A stretch of 64,000 nucleotides of DNA, taken from Eledone cirrhosa (taxonomy: Eukaryota). The stretch is taken from assembly GCA_964016885.1 (NCBI GenBank), contig OZ024744.1, positions 992,001-1,056,000 on the forward strand, in the 5' to 3' direction. A model generated the notes under the pieces. That model ran no database searches. It was not told where the DNA came from and was given only the letters and a program-made list of their open reading frames with translations. A program made the position numbers and the translations under genes. Below, piece by piece: positions 1 to 11,560 of the stretch (positions are counted from its first letter, which is position 1; each line of letters opens with the position of its first letter).

Positions 1-2399
1 AAACATAATTGGTGAAGAACGAAATTTTGAGGGAAGACAAGGTAGAGAAAGATAGCTTGGTGAAGAACGAAGTTTTGAGGGAAGACAAGGTAGAGAAAGA
101 TAGCTTGATGAAGAACGAAGTTTTGAGGGAAGACAAGGTAGAGAAAGATAGCTTGGTGAAGAACGAAGTTTTGGGGGAAGACAAGGTAGAGAAATATAGC
201 TCGGTGAAGAACGAAGTTTTGAGGGAAGACAAGGTAGAGAAAGATAGCTTGGTGAAGGACGAAGTTTTGGGGGAAGACAAGGTAGAGAAAGATAGCTTGG
301 TGAAGAACGAAGTTTTGAGGGAAGACAAGGTAGAGAAAGATAGCTTGATGAAGAACGAAGTTTTGAGGGAAGACAAGGTAGAGAAAGATAGCTTGGTGAA
401 GAACGAAGTTTTGGGGGAAGACAAGGTAGAGAAAGATAGCTTGGTGAAGAACGAAGTTTTGAGGGAAGACAAGGTAGAGAAAGATAGCTTGATGAAGTAC
501 GAAGTTTTGGGGGAAGACAAGGTAGAGAAAGATAGCTTGGTGAAGAACGAAGTTTTGAGGGAAGACAAGGTAGAGAAAGATAGCTTGATGAAGAACGAAG
601 TTTTGAGGGAAGACAAGGTAGAGAAAGATAGCTTGGTGAAGAACGAAGTTTTGAGGGAAGACAAGGTAGAGAAAGATAGCTTGATGAAGAACGAAGTTTT
701 GAGGGAAGACAAGGTAGAGAAAGATAGCTTGGTGAAGAACGACGTTTTGGGTGAAGACAATGTAGAGAAAGATAGCTTGATGAAGAACGAAGTTTTGGGG
801 GAAGACAAGGTAGAGAAAGATAGCTTGGTGAAGAACGAAGTTTTGAGGGAAGACAAGGTAGAGAAAGATAGTTGGTGGAGAACGAAATTTTGAGCGAAGA
901 CAAGGTAGAGAAAGATAGCTTGGTGAAGAACGACGTTTTGAGGGAAGACAAGGTAGAGAAAGATAGCTTGGTGAAGAACGACGTTTTGAGGGAAGACAAG
1001 GTAGAGAAAGATAGCTTGGTGAAGAACGAAGTTTTGGGGGAAGACAAGGTAGAGAAAGATAGCTTGATGAAGTACGAAGTTTTGGGGGAAGACAAGGTAG
1101 AGAAAGATAGCTTGGTGAAGAACGACGTTTTGTGGGAAGACAAGGTAGAGAAACATAATTGGTGAAGAACGAAATTTTGAGGGAAGACAAGGTAGAGAAA
1201 GATAGCTTGGTGAAGAACGAAGTTTTGAGGGAAGACAAGGTAGAGAAAGATAGCTTGATGAAGAACGAAGTTTTGAGGGAAGACAAGGTAGAGAAAGATA
1301 GCTTGGTGAAGAACGAAGTTTTGAGGGAAGACAAGGTAGAGAAAGATAGCTTGGTGAAGAACGAAGTTTTGGGGGAAGACAAGGTAGAGAAAGATAGCTT
1401 GGTGAAGAACGAAGTTTTGAGGGAAGACAAGGTAGAGAAAGATAGCTTGATGAAGAACGAAGTTTTGAGGGAAGACAAGGTAGAGAAAGATAGCTTGGTG
1501 AAGAACGAAGTTTTGAGGGAAGACAAAGTATAGAAAGATAGCTTGGTGAAGAACGAAGTTTTGCGGGAAGACGATGTAGAGAAAGATAGCTTGATGAAGA
1601 ACGAAGTTTTGGGGGAAGACAAGGTAGAGAAAGATAGCTTGGTGAAGAACGAAGTTTTGAGGGAAGACAAGGTAGAGAAAGATAGCTTGGTGAAGAACGA
1701 AGTTTTGGGGGAAGACAAGGTAGAGAAAGATAGCTTGGTGAAGAACGAAGTTTTGAGGAAAGACAAGGTAGAGAAAGATAGTTGGTGAAGAACGAAATTT
1801 TGAGCGAAGACAAGGTAGAGAAAGATAGCTTGGTGAAGAACGACGTTTTGAGGGAAGACAAGGTAGAGAAAGATAGCTTGGTGAAGAACGACGTTTTGGG
1901 GGAAGACAAGGTAGAGAAAGATAGCTTGGTGAAGAACGAAGTTTTGGGGGAAGACAAGGTAGAGAAAGATAGCTTGATGAAGTACGAAGTTTTGGGGGAA
2001 GACAAGGTAGAGAAAGATAGCTTGGTGAAGAACGACGTTTTGTGGGAAGACAAGGTAGAGAAACATAATTGGTGAAGAACGAAATTTTGAGGGAAGACAA
2101 GGTAGAGAAAGATAGCTTGGTGAAGAACGAAGTTTTGAGGGAAGACAAGGTAGAGAAAGATAGCTTGATGAAGAACGAGGTTTTGAGGGAAGACAAGGTA
2201 GAGAAAGATAGCTTGGTGAAGAACGAAGTTTTGGGGGAAGACAAGGTAGAGAAATATAGCTCGGTGAAGAACGAAGTTTTGGGGGAAGACAAGGTAGAGA
2301 AAGATAGCTTGGTGAAGAACGAAGTTTTGGGGGAAGACAAGGTAGAGAAAGATAGCTTGGTGAAGAACGATGTTTTGAGGGAAGACAAGGTAGAGAAAG

Positions 2400-5300
2400 A
2401 TAGCTTGATGAAGTACGAAGTTTTGGGGGAAGACAAGGTAGAGAAAGATAGCTTGGTGAAGAACGAAGTTTTGAGGGAAGACAAGGTAGAGAAAGATAGC
2501 TTGATGAAGAACGAAGTTTTGAGGGAAGACAAGGTAGAGAAAGATAGCTTGGTGAAGAACGAAGTTTTGAGGGAAGACAAGGTAGAGAAAGATAGCTTGA
2601 TGAAGAACGAAGTTTTGAGGGAAGACAAGGTAGAGAAAGATAGCTTGATGAAGTACGAAGTTTTGGGGGAAGACAAGGTAGAGAAAGAAATATTGGTGAA
2701 GAACGAAGTTTTGAGGGAAGACAAGGTAGAGAAAGATAGCTTGATGAAGAACGAAGTTTTGAGGGAAGACAAGGTAGAGAAAGATAGCTTGGTGAAGAAC
2801 GAAATTTTGAGGGAGGACAAAGTATAGAAAGATAGCTTGGTGAAGAACGAAGTTTTGGGTGAAGACAATGTAGAGAAAGATAGCTTGATGAAGAACGAAG
2901 TTTTGGGGGAAGACAAGGTAGAGAAAGATAGCTTGGTGAAGAACGAAGTTTTGAGGGAAGACAAGGTAGAGAAAGATAGCTTGGTGAAGAACGAAGTTTT
3001 GGGGGAAGACAAGGTAGAGAAAGATAGCTTGGTGAAGAACGAAGTTTTGAGGGAAGACAAGGTAGAGAAAGATAGCTTGGTGAAGAACGAAGTTTTGGGG
3101 GAAGACAAGGTAGAGAAAGATAGCTTGATGAAGTACGAAGTTTTGGGGGAAGACAAGGTAGAGAAAGATAGCTTGGTGAAGAACGACGTTTTGTGGGAAG
3201 ACAAGGTAGAGAAACATAGTTGGTGAAGAACGAAGTTTTGAGGGAAGACAAGGTAGAGAAAGATAGCTTGATGAAGAACGAAGTTTTGAGGGAAGACAAG
3301 GTAGAGAAAGATAGCTTGGTGAAGAACGAAGTTTTGAGGGAAGACAAGGTAGAGAAAGATAGCTTGATGAAGAACGAAGTTTTGCGGGAAGACAAGGTAG
3401 AGAAAGATAGCTTGATGAAGTACGAAGTTTTGGGGGAAGACAAGGTAGAGAAAGATAGCTTGGTGAAGAACGAAGTTTTGAGGGAAGACAAGGTAGAGAA
3501 AGATAGCTTGGTGAAGAACGAAGTTTTGAGGGAGGACAAAGTATAGAAAGATAGCTTGGTGAAGAACGAAGTTTTGGGTGAAGACAATGTAGAGAAAGAT
3601 AGCTTGATGAAGAACGAAGTTTTGGGGGAAGACAAGGTAGAGAAAGATAGCTTGGTGAAGAACGAAGTTTTGAGGGAAGACAAGGTAGAGAAACATAGTT
3701 GGTGAAGAACGAAGTTTTGAGGGAAGACAAGGTAGAGAAAGATAGCTTGATGAAGAACGAAGTTTTGAGGGAAGACAAGGTAGAGAAAGATAGCTTGGTG
3801 AAGAACGAAGTTTTGAGGGAAGACAAGGTAGAGAAAGATAGCTTGATGAAGAACGAAGTTTTGAGGGAAGACAAGGTAGAGAAAGATAGCTTGATGAAGT
3901 ACGAAGTTTTGGGGGAAGACAAGGTAGAGAAAGATAGCTTGGTGAAGAACGAAGTTTTGAGGGAAGACAAGGTAGAGAAAGATAGCTTGATGAAGAACGA
4001 AGTTTTGAGGGAAGACAAGGTAGAGAAAGATAGCTTGGTGAAGAACGAAGTTTTGAGGGAGGACAAAGTATAGAAAGATAGCTTGGTGAAGAACGAAGTT
4101 TTGGGTGAAGACAATGTAGAGAAAGATAGCTTGATGAAGAACGAAGTTTTGGGGGAAGACAAGGTAGAGAAAGATAGCTTGGTGAAGAACGAAGTTTTGA
4201 GGGAAGACAAGGTAGAGAAAGATAGCTTGGTGAAGAACGAAGTTTTGGGGGAAGACAAGGTAGAGAAAGATAGCTTGGTGAAGAACGAAGTTTTGAGGGA
4301 AGACAAGGTAGAGAAAGATAGCTTGGTGAAGAACGAAGTTTTGGGGGAAGACAAGGTAGAGAAAGATAGCTTGGTGAAGAACGAAGTTTTGAGGGAAGAC
4401 AAGGTAGAGAAAGATAGTTGGTGAAGAACGAAGTTTTGAGGGAAGACAAGGTAGAGAAAGATAGCTTGGTGAAGAACGACGTTTTGAGGGAAGACAAGGT
4501 AGAGAAAGATAGCTTGGTGAAGAACGACGTTTTGAGGGAAGACAAGGTAGAGAAAGATAGCTTGGTGAAGAACGAAGTTTTGGGGGAAGACAAGGTAGAG
4601 AAAGATAGCTTGATGAAGTACGAAGTTTTGGGGGAAGACAAGGTAGAGAAAGATAGCTTGGTGAAGAACGACGTTTTGTGGGAAGACAAGGTAGAGAAAC
4701 ATAGTTGGTGAAGAACGAAATTTTGAGGGAAGACAAGGTAGAGAAAGATAGCTTGGTGAAGAACGAAGTTTTGAGGGAAGACAAGGTAGAGAAAGATAGC
4801 TTGATGAAGAACGAAGTTTTGAGGGAAGACAAGGTAGAGAAAGATAGCTTGATGAAGTACGAAGTTTTGGGGGTAGACAAGGTAGAGAAAGATAGCTTGG
4901 TGAAGAACGAAGTTTTGAGGGAAGACAAGGTAGAGACAGATAGCTTGATGAAGAACGAAGTTTTGAGGGAAGACAAGGTAGAGAAGGATAGCTTGGTGAA
5001 GAACGGAGTTTTGAGGGAAGACAAAGTATAGAAAGATAGCTTGGTGAAGAACGAAGTTTTGGGGGAAGACAATGTAGAAAAAGATAGCTTGAAGAAGAAC
5101 GAAGTTTTGGGGGAAGACAAGGTAGAGAAAGATAGCTTTGTGAAGAACGAAGTTTTGAGGGAAGACAAGGTAGAGAAAGATAGCTTGGTGAAGAACGAAG
5201 TTATGAGGGAAGACAAGGTAGAGAAAGATAGCTTGGTGAAGAACGAAGTTTTGAGGGAAGACAAGGTAGAGAAAGATAGCTTGGTGAAGAACGAAGTTTT

Positions 5301-5750
5301 GGGGGAAGACAAGGTAGAGAAAGATAGCTTGGTGAAGAACGAAGTTTTGAGGGAAGACAAGGTAGAGAAAGATAGTTGGTGAAGAACGAAGTTTTGAGGG
5401 AAGACAAGGTAGAGAAAGATAGCTTGGTGAAGAACGACGTTTTGAGGGAAGACAAGGTAGAGAAAGATAGCTTGGTGAAGAACGACGTTTTGAGGGAAGA
5501 CAAGGTAGAGAAAGATAGCTTGGTGAAGAACGAAGTTTTGGGGGAAGACAAGGTAGAGAAAGATAGCTTGATGAAGTACGAAGTTTTGGGGGAAGACAAG
5601 GTAGAGAAAGATAGCTTGGTGAAGAACGACGTTTTGTGGGAAGACAAGGTAGAGAAACATAGTTGGTGAAGAACGAAATTTTGAGGGAAGACAAGGTAGA
5701 GAAAGATAGCTTGGTGAAGAACGAAGTTTTGAGGGAAGACAAGGTAGAGA
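2400..5750 (+). repeat. Block copied at ~11890-15240 (offset 9490/9489) and again within copy 2 of the 14-kb duplication
   Basis: Offset 9490 at 2837/12327, 3220/12710, 3699/13189, 4083/13573, 4418/13908 and 4705/14195. Marker GAAATA at 2687/12177. The offset becomes 9489 after a G deletion near 14600. Confidence 0.88.
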
Positions 5751-5759
5751 AAGATAGCT

Positions 5760-8700
5760 TTGTGAAGAACGAAGTTTTGAGGGAAGACAAGGTAGAGAAA
5801 GATAGCTGGGTGAAGAACGAAGTTTTGGGGGAAGACAAGGTAGAGAAATATAGCTCGGTGAAGAACGAAGTTTTGAGGGAAGACAAGGTAGAGAAAGATA
5901 GCTTGGTGAAGAACGAAGTTTTGAGGGAAGACAAGGTAGAGAAAGATAGCTTGGTGAAGAACGAAGTTTTGGGGGACGACAAGGTAGAGAAAGATAGCTT
6001 GATGAAGTACGAAGTTTTGGGGGAAGACAAGGTAGAGAAAGATAGCTTGGTGAAGAACGAAGTTTTGAGGGAAGACAAGGTAGAGAAAGATAGCTTGATG
6101 AAGAACGAAGTTTTGAGGGAAGACAAGGTAGAGAAAGATAGCTTGGTGAAGAACGAAGTTTTGAGGGAGGAAAAAATATAGAAAGATAGCTTGGTGAAGA
6201 ACGAAGTTTTGGGTGAAGACAATGTAGAGAAAGATAGCTTGATGAAGAACGAAGTTTTGGGGGAAGACAAGGTAGAGAAAGATAGCTTGGTGAAGAACGA
6301 AGTTTTGAGGGAAGACAAGGTAGAGAAAGATAGCTTGGTGAAGAACGAAGTTTTGGGGGAAGACAAGGTAGAGAAAGATAGCTTGGTGAAGAACGAAGTT
6401 TTGAGGGAAGACAAGGTAGAGAAAGATAGCTTGGTGAAGAACGAAGTTTTGGGGGAAGACAAGGTAGAGAAAGATAGCTTGGTGAAGAACGAAGTTTTGA
6501 GGGAAGACAAGGTAGAGAAAGATAGCTTGGTGAAGAACGACGTTTTGAGGGAAGACAAGGTAGAGAAAGATAGCTTGGTGAAGAACGACGTTTTGAGGGA
6601 AGACAAGGTAGAGAAAGATAGCTTGGTGAAGAACGAAGTTTTGGGGGAAGACAAGGTAGAGAAAGATAGCTTGATGAAGTACGAAGTTTTGGGGGAAGAC
6701 AAGGTAGAGAAAGATAGCTTGGTGAAGAACGAAGTTTTGAGGGAAGACAAGGTAGAGAAAGATAGCTTGGTGAAGAACGAAGTTTTGAGGGAAGACAAGG
6801 TAGAGAAAGATAGCTTGGTGAAGAACGACGTTTTGGGTGAAGACAATGTAGAGAAAGATAGCTTGATGAAGAACGAAGTTTTGGGGGAAGACAAGGTAGA
6901 GAAAGATAGCTTGGTGAAGAACGAAGTTTTGAGGGAAGACAAGGTAGAGAAAGATAGTTGGTGAAGAACGAAATTTTGAGCGAAGACAAGGTAGAGAAAG
7001 ATAGCTTGGTGAAGAACGACGTTTTGAGGGAAGACAAGGTAGAGAAAGATAGCTTGGTGAAGAACGACGTTTTGAGGGAAGACAAGGTAGAGAAAGATAG
7101 TTGGTGAAGAACGAAGTTTTGGGGGAAGACAAGGTAGAGAAAGATAGCTTGATGAAGTACGAAGTTTTGGGGGAAGACAAGGTAGAGAAAGATAGCTTGG
7201 TGAAGAACGACGTTTTGTGGGAAGACAAGGTAGAGAAACATAGTTGGTGAAGAACGAAATTTTGGGGGAAGACAAGGTAGAGAAAGATAGCTTGGTGAAG
7301 AACGAAGTTTTGAGGGAAGACAAGGTAGAGAAAGATAGCTTGATGAAGAACGAAGTTTTGAGGGAAGACAAGGTAGAGAAAGATAGCTTGGTGAAGAACG
7401 AAGTTTTGGGGGAAGACAAGGTAGAGAAATATAGCTCGGTGAAGAACGAAGTTTTGAGGGAAGACAAGGTAGAGAAAGATAGCTTGGTGAAGGACGAAGT
7501 TTTGGGGGAAGACAAGGTAGAGAAAGATAGCTTGGTGAAGAACGAAGTTTTGAGGGAAGACAAGGTAGAGAAAGATAGCTTGATGAAGAACGAAGTTTTG
7601 AGGGAAGACAAGGTAGAGAAAGATAGCTTGGTGAAGAACGAAGTTTTGGGGGAAGACAAGGTAGAGAAAGATAGCTTGGTGAAGAACGAAGTTTTGAGGG
7701 AAGACAAGGTAGAGAAAGATAGCTTGATGAAGAACGAAGTTTTGAGGGAAGACAAGGTAGAGAAAGATAGCTTGGTGAAGAACGAAGTTTTGAGGGAAGA
7801 CAAAGTATAGAAAGATAGCTTGGTGAAGAACGAAGTTTTGGGGGAAGACGATGTAGAGAAAGATAGCTTGATGAAGAACGAAGTTTTGGGGGAAGACAAG
7901 GTAGAGAAAGATAGCTTGGTGAAGAACGAAGTTTTGAGGGAAGACAAGGTAGAGAAAGATAGCTTGGTGAAGAACGAAGTTTTGGGGGAAGACAAGGTAG
8001 AGAAAGATAGCTTGGTGAAGAACGAAGTTTTGAGGAAAGACAAGGTAGAGAAAGATAGTTGGTGAAGAACGAAATTTTGAGCGAAGACAAGGTAGAGAAA
8101 GATAGCTTGGTGAAGAACGACGTTTTGAGGGAAGACAAGGTAGAGAAAGATAGCTTGGTGAAGAACGACGTTTTGAGGGAAGACAAGGTAGAGAAAGATA
8201 GCTTGGTGAAGAACGAAGTTTTGGGGGAAGACAAGGTAGAGAAAGATAGCTTGATGAAGTACGAAGTTTTGGGGGAAGACAAGGTAGAGAAAGATAGCTT
8301 GGTGAAGAACGACGTTTTGTGGGAAGACAAGGTAGAGAAACATAGTTGGTGAAGAACGAAATTTTGAGGGAAGACAAGGTAGAGAAAGATAGCTTGGTGA
8401 AGAACGAAGTTTTGAGGGAAGACAAGGTAGAGAAAGATAGCTTGATGAAGAACGAAGTTTTGAGGGAAGACAAGGTAGAGAAAGATAGCTTGATGAAGTA
8501 CGAAGTTTTGGGGGTAGACAAGGTAGAGAAAGATAGCTTGCTGAAGAACGAAGTTTTGAGGGAAGACAAGGTAGAGACAGATAGCTTGATGAAGAACGAA
8601 GTTTTGAGGGAAGACAAGGTAGAGAAGGATAGCTTGGTGAAGAACGGAGGTTTGAGGGAAGACAAAGTATAGAAAGATAGCTTGGTGAAGAACGAAGTTT

Positions 8701-11560
8701 TGGGGGAAGACAATGTAGAGAAAGATAGCTTGAAGAAGAACGAAGTTTTGGGGGAAGACAAGGTAGAGAAAGATAGCTTTGTGAAGAACGAAGTTTTGAG
8801 GGAAGACAAGGTAGAGAAAGATAGCTTGATGAAGTACGAAGTTTTGGGGGTAGACAAGGTAGAGAAAGATAGCTTGGTGAAGAACGAAGTTTTGAGGGAA
8901 GACAAGGTAGAGACAGATAGCTTGATGAAGAACGAAGTTTTGAGGGAAGACAAGGTAGAGAAGGATAGCTTGTTGAAGAACGGAGTTTTGAGGGAAGACA
9001 AAGTATAGAAAGATAGCTTGGTGAAGAACGAAGTTTTGGGGGAAGACAATGTAGAGAAAGATAGCTTGAAGAAGAACGAAGTTTTGGGGGAAGACAAGGT
9101 AGAGAAAGATAGCTTTGTGAAGAACGAAGTTTTGAGGGAAGACAAGGTAGAGAAAGATAGCTGGGTGAAGAACGAAGTTTTGGGGGAAGACAAGGTAGAG
9201 AAATATAGCTCGGTGAAGAACGAAGTTTTGAGGGAAGACAAGGTAGAGAAAGATAGCTTGGTGAAGAACGAAGTTTTGAGGGAAGACAAGGTAGAGAAAG
9301 ATAGCTTGGTGAAGAACGAAGTTTTGGGGGACGACAAGGTAGAGAAAGATAGCTTGATGAAGTACGAAGTTTTGGGGGAAGACAAGGTAGAGAAAGATAG
9401 CTTGGTGAAGAACGAAGTTTTGAGGGAAGACAAGGTAGAGAAAGATAGCTTGATGAAGAACGAAGTTTTGAGGGAAGACAAGGTAGAGAAAGATAGCTTG
9501 GTGAAGAACGAAGTTTTGAGGGAGGAAAAAATATAGAAAGATAGCTTGGTGAAGAACGAAGTTTTGGGTGAAGACAATGTAGAGAAAGATAGCTTGATGA
9601 AGAACGAAGTTTTGGGGGAAGACAAGGTAGAGAAAGATAGCTTGGTGAAGAACGAAGTTTTGAGGGAAGACAAGGTAGAGAAAGATAGCTTGGTGAAGAA
9701 CGAAGTTTTGGGGGAAGACAAGGTAGAGAAAGATAGCTTGGTGAAGAACGAAGTTTTGAGGGAAGACAAGGTAGAGAAAGATAGCTTGGTGAAGAACGAA
9801 GTTTTGGGGGAAGACAAGGTAGAGAAAGATAGCTTGGTGAAGAACGAAGTTTTGAGGGAAGACAAGGTAGAGAAAGATAGCTTGGTGAAGAACGACGTTT
9901 TGAGGGAAGACAAGGTAGAGAAAGATAGCTTGGTGAAGAACGACGTTTTGAGGGAAGACAAGGTAGAGAAAGATAGCTTGGTGAAGAACGAAGTTTTGGG
10001 GGAAGACAAGGTAGAGAAGGATAGCTTGATGAAGTACGAAGTTTTGGGGGAAGACAAGGTAGAGAAAGATAGCTTGGTGAAGAACGAAGTTTTGAGGGAA
10101 GACAAGGTAGAGAAAGATAGCTTGGTGAAGAACGAAGTTTTGAGGGAAGACAAGGTAGAGAAAGATAGCTTGGTGAAGAACGAAGTTTTGAGGGAAGACA
10201 AGGTAGAGAAAGATAGCTTGGTGAAGAACGAAGTTTTGGGGGAAGACAAGGTAGAGAAAGATAGCTTGGTGAAGAACGACGTTTTGTGGGAAGACAAGGT
10301 AGAGAAACATAGTTGGTGAAGAACGAAATTTTGGGGGAAGACAAGGTAGAGAAAGATAGCTTGGTGAAGAACGAAGTTTTGAGGGAAGACAAGGTAGAGA
10401 AAGATAGCTTGATGAAGAACGAAGTTTTGAGGGAAGACAAGGTAGAGAAAGATAGCTTGGTGAAGAACGAAGTTTTGGGGGAAGACAAGGTAGAGAAATA
10501 TAGCTCGGTGAAGAACGAAGTTTTGAGGGAAGACAAGGTAGAGAAAGATAGCTTGGTGAAGGACGAAGTTTTGGGGGAAGACAAGGTAGAGAAAGATAGC
10601 TTGGTGAAGAACGAAGTTTTGAGGGAAGACAAGGTAGAGAAAGATAGCTTGATGAAGAACGAAGTTTTGAGGGAAGACAAGGTAGAGAAAGATAGCTTGG
10701 TGAAGAACGAAGTTTTGGGGGAAGACAAGGTAGAGAAAGATAGCTTGGTGAAGAACGAAGTTTTGAGGGAAGACAAGGTAGAGAAAGATAGCTTGATGAA
10801 GAACGAAGTTTTGAGGGAAGACAAGGTAGAGAAAGATAGCTTGGTGAAGAACGAAGTTTTGAGGGAAGACAAAGTATAGAAAGATAGCTTGGTGAAGAAC
10901 GAAGTTTTGGGGGAAGACGATGTAGAGAAAGATAGCTTGATGAAGAACGAAGTTTTGGGGGAAGACAAGGTAGAGAAAGATAGCTTGGTGAAGAACGAAG
11001 TTTTGAGGGAAGACAAGGTAGAGAAAGATAGCTTGGTGAAGAACGAAGTTTTGGGGGAAGACAAGGTAGAGAAAGATAGCTTGGTGAAGAACGAAGTTTT
11101 GAGGAAAGACAAGGTAGAGAAAGATAGTTGGTGAAGAACGAAATTTTGAGCGAAGACAAGGTAGAGAAAGATAGCGTGGTGAAGAACGACGTTTTGAGGG
11201 AAGACAAGGTAGAGAAAGATAGCTTGGTGAAGAACGACGTTTTGAGGGAAGACAAGGTAGAGAAAGATAGCTTGGTGAAGAACGAAGTTTTGGGGGAAGA
11301 CAAGGTAGAGAAAGATAGCTTGATGAAGTACGAAGTTGTGGGGGAAGACAAGGTAGAGAAAGATAGCTTGGTGAAGAACGGCGTTTTGTGGGAAGACAAG
11401 GTAGAGAAACATAATTGGTGAAGAACGAAATTTTGAGGGAAGACAAGGTAGAGAAAGATAGCTTGGTGAAGAACGAAGTTTTGAGGGAAGACAAGGTAGA
11501 GAAAGATAGCTTGATGAAGAACGAAGTTTTGAGGGAAGACAAGGTAGAGAAAGATAGCTT
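5760..11560 (+). repeat. Older ~3.1-3.4-kb tandem duplication (offset 3355, then 3069), inherited by both 14-kb copies
   Basis: Offset 3355 at 6191/9546, with GAGGAAAAAATATAG, GCTGGGTG and GGGGACGAC markers. Offset 3069 at 7244/10313, 7820/10889 and 8059/11128, with GACGATGTA and AGGAAAGAC markers. It is mirrored at 21192/24261. Confidence 0.78.

Noticed and set aside
57-76. CENP-B box, heat-shock element or telomeric motif
   Set aside because: The minus-strand TTCGTTCTTCACCAA lacks the A..CGGG part of the CENP-B box. GAAGTTTT is not GAAnnTTC. TTTTGGGG and TTTGAGGG occur once per monomer rather than in tandem.
170-200. G-quadruplex or H-DNA potential
   Set aside because: There is only one run of 3-5 G per 48 bp, and pure purine tracts are only about 9 nt. 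Both are too sparse or short for canonical structures.
850-900. Programmed frameshifting or stop readthrough joining the + ORFs into one giant protein
   Set aside because: It would need well over 100 recoding events. No consistent slippery site or stimulatory structure is present, and the breaks are simply inherited by duplication.
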